Shown: positions 1 to 10,000 of the stretch, piece after piece
How the letters are laid out: every line of letters begins with the position of its first letter
Numbering within the stretch: the stretch's first letter is position 1
Virus record (IMG/VR): IMGVR_UViG_3300018418_000019
Span: 1-60,373 of that record
Reading direction: 5' to 3' (one strand)
DNA from: a virus
Taxonomy: Duplodnaviria; Caudoviricetes
DNA length: 60,373 nt
Notes under the pieces: model-generated
Told to the model about the DNA's origin: nothing
Databases searched by the model: none
The model's input: the letters and a program-made list of their open reading frames with translations, nothing else
Made by a program: the position numbers and the translations under genes

Positions 1-996
1 TACACCGTCACTAACGACGAGAACTTTGCTATGGGCGTGCTAGATTCTGAAAGGCTGTATAGCGACGTTGGAAACGCTATCACAGATAGAATTAGAACCA
101 ACCCACAGATGCTGCGCCAGATGGCGTTTGAGCAGTGGAGGAGAGACAACCCAGGCAAGGACTACATGACCGAGGCTGACCAGGAGTCAGCTCTCAATAC
201 TTACAACCCGACCCTGTCTCAGATTTCTATTGATGGGGAAAGTATTAGTACTGGAAAGCTTGATGCTCAAGGGCGATTCGTATTTAATGTAACAGACGCT
301 CAGATTGATGCGAACAACGACATGAACTCTGAGCAGAAGAGGGCTATGAAACAGTGGCGTCAAGCAACATCTAAATATTACGAGGCTACTGCCCAGGGTA
401 TTGCTGGTAGAATGGAGCCTGTTGACGAAAGGGCGGCGTATGCTCGGCTCAATCAAGACAGAGCCAATGCGCGGGCGGAAGCCGAGGCAGACCAGCAGCA
501 AGCTATGAACGAAGCCCTTGGAGCCACGTATGCCGTGAGCCAAAGAGAAGGTGGATACTCTGTTTCACTACCGCCAAGGGATAACGTAAGGGTTGATATA
601 CCAGGCGGTGCGGGCAGGGTCAATGTTACAGACATTCTGTACGACCAAGGTGGCAATGTGGTTGGCTATAGAACAATGGTTCCTAACGATGTTGTCACAT
701 CTGCTCTTGAAAACGCAGACACAGAGGATGATGCAGCTAGAATAAGAGCGTTCTTTGCAAGGTTTAGAGACAGAACAATTACTTCTAACGACCCAGAGTT
801 CAGGTCAATCAGTCAGTCTGTTGTAAACGATGATAAGATTGCAGGCAGACTACAGTTTGTCCCCGCTAAGATTGTTGGTCACAGTCAGGGATTGTTTGAA
901 GACGGACTCGGTCAGACTGGCATAGACCAAAACGTACTTGTTCAACTGCAAGCAAGAGCTCAGGCAGCTGAAATGCTTCCTGAAGAACTGCGGTAA
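1..996 (+). CDS. Putative internal virion/ejection protein, 5'-truncated
   Basis: Frame is open from base 1 to TAA at 994-996. Ala/Gln-rich and helical-looking; lies directly upstream of the giant protein, as in podovirus ejection-protein blocks. Confidence 0.55.
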   Translation, partial: YTVTNDENFAMGVLDSERLYSDVGNAITDRIRTNPQMLRQMAFEQWRRDNPGKDYMTEADQESALNTYNPTLSQISIDGESISTGKLDAQGRFVFNVTDAQIDANNDMNSEQKRAMKQWRQATSKYYEATAQGIAGRMEPVDERAAYARLNQDRANARAEAEADQQQAMNEALGATYAVSQREGGYSVSLPPRDNVRVDIPGGAGRVNVTDILYDQGGNVVGYRTMVPNDVVTSALENADTEDDAARIRAFFARFRDRTITSNDPEFRSISQSVVNDDKIAGRLQFVPAKIVGHSQGLFEDGLGQTGIDQNVLVQLQARAQAAEMLPEELR

Positions 997-1003
997 TAAT
1001 TCA

Positions 1004-1011
1004 TATCTTTG
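1004..1011 (+). promoter_or_regulatory. Bacteroidota sigma-70 -7 element (TATCTTTG)
   Basis: Exact TAnnTTTG match, 5 nt before the ATG at 1017. Confidence 0.7.
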
Positions 1012-1016
1012 TCTCT

Positions 1017-4000
1017 ATGGAGACAAAAGAGCAGTTCCTTGCACGCTACTATGCGGCTGCAGAGGCTGGCGCTTCTAAAGCCGAGCTGCAAGCAATGATT
1101 GATGAGTTCCAATCTATGGCCGCTACTGCGCCACAAGAGGACTCAAAAAAAAAAGACGAAACTTCACCCTTGGAGCCAGCTTCGGAGGTGGATTTTACGG
1201 ATTCTTCCTCAGGGCTGGCGACTCCAGCTCAGCAGGACGAGGACGACAGTGGAGCTTCGGCTTCTACGCCAGTAACATTTGACCCGTACCAGACGTACAA
1301 CTTCGGGGGACAGCAAATCCCTGGGGCTGACGCGCAACTGGTGTACGACTATGGTCAGGTATACGGCTCAGAACGTCAATCATTTATACAAAATAACTTT
1401 GACCTTGCACGCTACTACAGCGCCAACGGCATGGCTGCTGACGCCGAGCGCGTGCGGCAGCTCTCTCCAGAACAACTAGAATTAGAGCGCGGTTCTGTCC
1501 TTGACGGCATCAACAGCCTGATAGATGACGATATCAACTCTGGTTATATCGAACTAGGCAAGGGATTGGATGGGGCTCCAGACCAAGGAGAGTACAACCA
1601 GGTCAACAGCCTCCTGGCTGGTGGCGCAAAAGGTTCTCTGTACAGCGGATACGGGAAGGATGGAGGTTTGTTTGACGGATTTGTTTCTGACCCAGACCCG
1701 CTGGGGCTTTACGCCGCAGAAGACCCAAGAGATTCGATGTCCCTTGAGGAAAGAGAGGATGACTTTGCGGATAGATTTGGTGATTGGCACAAAAGAAATC
1801 TTGGTAACAAAACCTTTTCATACGTCAACAGCCAAGTAGAGCCCACCGCCTCTGAGAAGTACGCACAATTTCTTGGGCAGGAACTCAGCGTGGAACAGCG
1901 CAGGGCTATTGAGCAAAACCTATACCGCAACTACAACATCGCCGCAGACCTTACAGGTGAGGGATATGTAAATGAATCTGGAAGAGGTTGGCTTGGTGTG
2001 ACAGATGTGTTTGGCCCTGGGTTTCAGAGGGGCATGCTTCAGGCATGGGACGGAATCGCCACTAGTGTTGAGAACGTTCTCGGTGGGGACGAGGAGGACC
2101 AAGCGTACAGGCAGCAAAGGATTAAAGAGATTGGTCAAGAGATGGCCGTGGCGACCAAGAACCTTGAGCAGAAGCTTGCTGAGAACGACATCGAGGGGTA
2201 CTTCACTGATACCCTTGGACAGTTTGGTGCTTCGTTGCCCATGATGGGGGCGGCAATGATTACGGGTGCGGTGACAAGAAACCCTAGGGCTTCAATGGCA
2301 GCCGTGTCTGTGTTTGGAGCTGCCACAGTCTACTCTGAAAACAGGGAGAATGAGTGGTTTCAAAACCTGAGCTCTGCTGAGCAGGTGGGGTTTGTAGCAA
2401 GCAGCGGTATTGCAGAGGGTCTTCCAGCGATGGTGGCTGCAAACATTTTGTCTGGTGGCGGTGTGGCGGGGGCTGTTGCAAAAAGGCTTAGTGGCCGAGT
2501 AGCAAAGAATCAAGTTGCGAAATACACTTCGGGCCTGCTTACGGGTATGGGCCTTGGCGCAATAGAGGAGGGGGTTACTGAGGGTATTACTGCTGCATGG
2601 CAGTACAATGCTATGATAGACGCGAAGAGAAGAGGTGGCGAGGCTGTTGACTGGGACTACAACGAGTTTATTTCTCAAGTGAAACAAGGGGCGCTGGCTG
2701 GTATGGCTATGGGTGGGGGACTTGCGGGCGTGGGTAATGTCACTAGGACGGTGGCCACCAAGGGGCTCGATATGCTCCGAACCACAGCGAAGATTAACGA
2801 GCTCAAGAAGCAGTTTACTCAGGCTGAGTCTAAGGCTGAAAGAGCAAGCATTGGCAGGAGGATTGTTGATGCCATTGATGCGCACACCAAGCTGTTCGAT
2901 AGACGCCAACAGCTGATGGAATACTTGGCGGAAACAAATCCAGAGACTTTTCAAAGACTCGTGGACATTCACAATAAGGTGGAGATTCTTGCCGAGCAGT
3001 ATACTAGGGCTGACTCTAACGGAAGAAGAAAGATTACGAAAGAAGTCAGGGAGCTTCTGCAAGAAAGAGGCACTATTGAGGGGGAGATGGATTCTATGCT
3101 CCAGACCGATGGCAAGCTTGAGTCTCGTATCCTGGCTAAGGAGGGAAGAAAGGCTGGGAATAAGAGACGTAACTATGGAGGGTTGTTCCAGGAGGGCAGA
3201 GGAAAGGTTACTGTAACAGCGGGCAATTTAGACTCGGTATCGAAGTTAATCTCAAGGCTCACTTCTCTTGACGTACTCCCCCACACAACCCTAGATGGTG
3301 AGGGCAAGACAAAGTCTATTACTACTGGTGAACGCATTGTCAAGGGGATGCAAAACGCTATGAATGTGGTGAGGGGTCTGGCCTCCTTGGGGGATGTCGC
3401 CATTGACATGTACAGAGATTACGATACGTACATCGCCGACCTGATGGAGGAGGGTGGCATGACTAGAGAGGAAGCTGTAAATGCAGCAGGTCGCGGTATG
3501 TGGACAGGCTCGGGTCAGATTAAGCTTTTCCTCCCATCACTATTGGAGAACACGGCCTACCACGAGGGGTACCACGACTTCGTGTTGCAGACTATTGGAA
3601 CTAAGGCTGCTGTTGGGTTGGCAAAGAAGTTGTTTCAAGCCCTGCCAGACAATCTATCTAAAAGGTATTCACAGTTCTTAACAAGCTACGGGGATGGCAG
3701 AGGCAACCTCACGTCTTCACTTGATGACAAATCTCTAACAGAACAACAGAAGGTCCAGGTTGCCGACGAGTTCCTTACAGAACTTCTTGCTGATATCACA
3801 GCAGGCAATATATCTATCGACATTCAGAAGAGTGTAATTAGGCAGTTCATGGAGTTCCTTGCTCCGCACTTGGGGCGCATTGGGGTCAGAGGTATTCCTG
3901 ACGCGAAGATTGACAACGTCGTATCTGCTATCCAACAGATGACTCAAGAGTTCTCCGAGGGCCGCAGGCTTGAGGGACAGAGAAAACTGAACGAAGCAGT

Positions 4001-7000
4001 CATCCGAGCGGGGTATGCTGGCATGGCTACAAAGATTGGTATCGCTGCTGATGAGGATTCAGATGAAGGATTTGATGAGTCTAAATCACAGGCAATGGAT
4101 GCTGGTGATTCTAAGATTGAGGCCACAATCATATTCAAAGTTGGTAAGACTAGGGTGAGTGGAAGATATCCAGTTACCCGTGTGTTCAACAATGAGCAGC
4201 ACCTTGAAAACTTCATCAAGTGGATGGAGAAAAACAAAGGTTGGGAGAGCGACGAAATCTATATCAAAGAGGGTACGTATAGAGGTGTGGATTACAAGCG
4301 AAAGGACGCAGTGCAGTCGCAGCAACCAAGGCCCAGGACCAAGGTTCAGGCCACCGAGCAGGACGTGTACTCGGTTCAGGCTTGGGACTATGAAGCCTTT
4401 GCTAAGAATATGGCCAAGGCCCTTCAGCTCATGAAGGAGTCTGGGGTTAACTTAGGTATTCAGGTTACGCCTCTCACAGCAGAAGACGTAAAGAAGATTG
4501 CCGATGATGGAGGAGCCATATTTTCCACGTCAGACAACAAGGCTGGTGCCTACGTCAAGAGAGATGGCTATATGGGTGGGTTGTGGAAGAGCCCAGAGTC
4601 CTCGTTGAGCAGGGTGTCTAAGCCTCTTCAAGACAAGAGGAACAGCCTTGCTAAGAATTGGGGCATGAAGAGCGGTTTCTTCGACGCCTATGCAACAGAC
4701 CTGGAGAGACAGTACGTAGAGAACGGGTGGAAGCCTGTGGCTAGAGTTAAGTTCAACCCTGAGTTTGCCCCAGAGGGGTGGAACGAGGAGGGTTCTCCTT
4801 TAATGGAGCAGCCTGACGTAGTGTTCTTCGTTGAGGGCGAGGGTAAGGTGGGTGACGGTAAGATGTACGACGACTACATGGAGGCGTATTCTTCCGCAGA
4901 GACTATGGCCAAGGGTGAGAAGCCCAAGGCTCAGGCACTACCAAACCCAGAACTCCAAGAGAATGCCGAGGTGTCTATTGAGGAGGCATCGGGTATCACA
5001 CCGTCGCAGAGGGAACAGAGACGTACTGAGATTAAACTTCCAGAGTCTCAGAGGCAGGTAAGAAACAACGTTATTTTGGGTGTGCTCAATAAGTATGAGC
5101 TTGGGGAAATCACACAAGAGGATTACTTGCGTGCTGTCAGGGAGAACATGCCGATTAAGGCGTTCGAGGTAGTGCCAGAAATCCCAACGGTACTCGACAT
5201 TGCCTCTGCTCTTGACGCAAACAAGGTTGACAAGGGAATCATTGGCGTAAACAAAGAGGTTGAGGATGGATACTACGTTGGCCTTCGTTTAGACATCCCA
5301 GCTTACGACAATTATGACACATGGGTGGTGTCTGTACACCAGGGCAAGAAGGCGGAAGCTAGGTCTCCGTTCCTTGGTGGCAAGTCCATTGGTTATGGTC
5401 AGACCGCTGTTATTACAAACGCCACATTTGACTCTACTCCAACAGCGGCGTTGAACATCGCACGCGGTACAGCCAAGACCACAATAGCCAGGATGTTTGG
5501 AGACTGGAGAAATGAAAATCCAGAAGCCACAAGGCAGCGTGCGGTTGACATCATGAATGGTCCTGATTACAACTCTGACTACAAGGAGATTGGTAAGATG
5601 GAGGGCTGGGTTCAGGTGGGGATGAACCCGTTTAGACACAGCTGGTTCTACGACAAGAGGGATGGACGCCCGTTGGCAGAAGCCTCTGAAATTATTCAGG
5701 TTGGAGCACTTGTTCTTGCTAAGGATGCGGTTAAGATTTCAGAATCTGACCCACGCTTTGAAGCGAAAAGCAAGGTGGGGGGCAAGGCCATCAAGTTCCA
5801 GCGCCCAGGCTCTGATGTTACCGACCCCGTGTCTTTGGTCAAGTCACAGAAGATTGGAATCTTTGACCTGAAATACGCAGCAAGCACCACGCAGATGGAG
5901 GACTGGCTTAAGTCAGGCATCGTCCGTCAAGAAGACATGTCCATTCTGGAGGGGAGAGATGTACTGTCACACTCACCAGACAACATGATGGTTGGCTCGG
6001 TGTCTGTTGACGGTAGGGTACTGGTGAATAATGGAGGCGGGCTGTTTTATTCTGCCAACTCAGGTGATGTATGGGCCGTGGCTGGCGAGAGCGCTGGCAA
6101 CAACATGGCCAACGAACTTAATGAACTGCTCAAAAAGTCACCTGACGGAAAAGCCTACCTCCTGCTCATCAGCGGCAGCCGTCAGAAGCACAGAAGCTCC
6201 ACTAACGGGGTCATGTCTATGGCGTCTATTGGATTTGAGCTTGTTAACCAGGGCATCATAACTAAGACAGAACTCAAGAACGTTCTTAAGCAGACTATTG
6301 CCGAGACTGAGCAGCTGTCTGTTCAGAAACAGATAGCCGCCAACGAAGCTAGAGTAAAGAAAGGCAAAGAACCGAATCCAATTAAGAATGGGACAACAAA
6401 GCTTAGCTCTATGGGCGGGACTATCGAGGCTTTGTTTGAACGCTTCTTTGTAGAGTTTGCCTCTCCATACAAGTCTACGTTTGAACAAAGACGTGAGTTT
6501 GTAGATAAGTTCGCAACGAATATTGGCAATGCAGTGGCTGTTAAGTCAAAGGAAAGTGCTCAAGAAAAGAAGCGGATTATTGATTCGTATGAGAGGGTGT
6601 TTGGATTTAGACCCAACGCTAATCAGTTCGGCTCTACACTCAAGAATTTCTTTTTCGATTTCTTCCAAGAAAAGATTTTGCAGGGGGGGCAGGTTAATGA
6701 AATCTACGGAGCTATCGAGGTGACGTCTGAAGTCAAGCTTGAGAAAGACCCCAACCCAACAGCATCATATCCACTTAAGCTTGTCAACACAGACCCTAAC
6801 GCCCCACGCCCAAGGACTATTGTCTTTAAGACTATGCGCTCTGCTGCGGGTACGCTTGTTACCAGGGGTGTCAATCCAGCAAACCGTGGCCTAGAGATAG
6901 GTGATATGTACATCAACAGCAAGGGAGAGCGTAAGCTCATAACTCCTGCCGCATTTGAGATGATGGGTGGTATGGGTCAGGCCACATGGGGAAGGATGAC

Positions 7001-10000
7001 TGTCAAGTCACCAGTACCTATTGATACTATCACACGCGACATCCTTAACATGGATGAGAGCAAACCTATCGGTGTAAGAGCAAAGTCACAGGGTAACTTG
7101 ATGAAGCTCATAGCGGATATGGTAGACCCTTCAATTCCTACTCCAAGTGCTCGGGTCACTAAGCGAGGAAAGCTTATTATTGCGCCCTCAAAAACCGAGC
7201 TATGGAACAAGAGAAAGAAGGAGGTCGTGGACCTGCTCGTTGCCAGTGGCATGAGCAAAGAAAACGCGCAGGCTTTGTATGCCAATGCCAAGGCGTACAA
7301 GGAGGGAAGGACTGCGGGCAGGAAGCTCGCAACCAAGGAGGCTCAGAGCACACTCGGTAAGAGAAATAGAGAGCTAAGTACAGAAGCCAAGGCACTCAGG
7401 AAAGAACTCGACCAGCTCAAGAACAAAGCAAAGACTGTAGAGGAGTTCTTATCATTTGCAATCAAGCTTGTAGATGAGCGCATGAAGGGGAAGGGTCAGC
7501 AGCCATTCGGCAACGCTGATATCCAGAGGTTGCTGAAGATTGTACGTCAGGCACACAAGTCTTCTGCCAAGCGTATCGCTAAGGAGGGAGAGGCTGAGGT
7601 AATGGACACGTTCATCGAGAAGCTTATCGACATCTTTGATAAGCAGGATGCAAAGGCAGCTATGCGTGATTACCTCGCGTCTATTAGTGCGGCAAGAAAG
7701 CTACAGAAGAGGCTCAACAACATAACAAAGAAGCGCAAGAAGGGTGAGGCGCTCAAGTCTGTTGCATCCTACGCCAAGGTACTGTCTAGGCTTGCGGATA
7801 TAAACCCTGCCTTGCTTTCGCCAACAGATGTTAAAGACTTTATCAATACGCTGAACGCAGCAGTTCAGACAGTGTCTAAGGTCAAGACATCCTTCAGTAC
7901 TGAGGAGCAACGCATTGTAGCTGAGGCGCCTGCACGTCGTTCGGTAGAGACATTGAGCGCACTGGCTGACAAGTTCAAGGCCATGGAGGAACTCGGTCGC
8001 AATGCAGTCATGGTGGCTAAGGCGAAGGCCTTGGCAGAGAAGAACGGCACCACCTTTGAGGAGGAGTACTCAGCATTGCTCAAGGCAGAAGGACTTCGTA
8101 AGGTTAGCGGTACACGTAAGGCCATCCTTAAGTTCATAGAGGACAATCCAAACCTCGGCCTTGACCCAGCCAACCCAGCTGACGTAGAGTATGTGCTGCA
8201 ACAGCTGGCCGAGAACAAGGCACTGCTTGAGGAGCAATCAAAGGAGGCTATCATTACAGATGTACTTCTTCCTCAGATTGCATTCAACCTCGACAAGCTA
8301 CTTGAGGATAGACACATCGCTGAGATTCTTGGGTTGTACGATGCTGCTAAGTTCAACGTTAGCGAGCTGGTTGCTAGACTCAGCAAGCTGGACAAGATTC
8401 ACCTCGCCAACCTGGAGTTTAAGCTTGATGACTACCTGATGAACGACTCTGTCATGGGGCTTGGGTATCTAGCAGCTAGAGTAAGGGGACGTATTGAGAT
8501 GGCTGACGCAATCAAGGGTGAGCTGACCAGCAAGGGAATCAAGGCTGGGGCGAGACCCATCCTGTCTCTGCTTGATACAGCAGACTCCTTCATTAGGCTT
8601 GTGTTTAAGACAGACAACAAGACCATTGCTAAGATTAGAAGGCTCATTGGTTTTGCTGATATGGAGCGAGCGTTTGCCAAGGCGGACATGATTCACGCCA
8701 TGACGGTGGAGGCAATCAGCGAGGAGATTGATAGGATTGAAAAGGAGGGCGGCAGTGTCAAGACTGTGGCAGACAATGCCATCATGCAGCTGTTCTCTAT
8801 GGCCAGACAGATGCCAGTCCTTGAAGAGGGGGCGCCTGGTCAGAATGAAGCAGAGTGGTACCTCGCCTTGAGAGACGCAATGCGTCGCAGCATTGACCAC
8901 TACAGAGACCAGCGTGAGCTGTATTCAGATGAGGATATAGCTCAGATGGAGGCAGCGTTTGAGTATCTGTTCGCAGAGAAGAACCTGCCTGACCTAATCG
9001 CCAAGGTCCAGACAGAACGCGCCGACCTTGTTCAAATGGTTGACTTCATGACTGGGGTACACTCCACTCTTGAAGATTCGTTTGCTAATTACGTTGAGCG
9101 ATACCTCGGCAAGAACCTTACGAGGGAGAATAACTACACGCCATTCAGCGTTAAGGTGAGGGTGAAGAACGAAGCTGTTGATGAGGGGTTGCAAATGAGG
9201 CAAGCTATCATGGACAGCATGCGAAGCAGCTCCTTGTCTAACGCCAAGAAGGTTGCGGGCTCATCATACGAGAGAAACCCAAAGAGTATCACGGGCTCTG
9301 GCAACATCATTGGTCTTGACTTCATTAAGATTAACGAGCGCACACTTAGAGAGAACACCATCCTGTCGAATACTGTGGGCGAGGTGATGGCATTGCAGTC
9401 TGTATTCTCAAGCGACGAGATGTCTGAGCTTATTTCTGACGACGGAGTAAGACAACAGCTTCACAGCAAGCTGATGCAGTACATCACTCAGGATGCTGGA
9501 CGAGCACCATTTGTATTCCAGTCCAGGTTCATGATTGGCGGCAAGAAGTTTAGGAACCCCGTCAAGACCATTCGTAACGCTGTGATTGTCAAGGCTTTTG
9601 GCGGCGTGCTCACTCAGACACTGAAGCAAAGCACCGTGCTTATCAGTACCATGTTTAACTCAAAGGTTCCTACGCAGTCTATTCCATATATGATTAAGAC
9701 GGTGGGTGAGCTGTTTGCCTTTGCTGTTCGCAACGGTTTGTTTAAGGATTCTAAGATTGCTCTTGAGGCCAACGGTAGATACAAGCTTCTTCAGAACTCA
9801 CCAGTGTTCTCTCGTGACTATCAGGCGGGCAACATTGACCCGTACACGGGAGCCATTGATACTGAGACAAGCTGGTTCGTTAGAACAAGGGACAAGCTCA
9901 ATGACCTCGCTCTTCAAAACCTGAAGTCAACAGACAAGATTGCTGCGATTGCATCGTGGTTCACGTTTTACGGTGACTACCTTATCTCGGAGGGCCTGGC

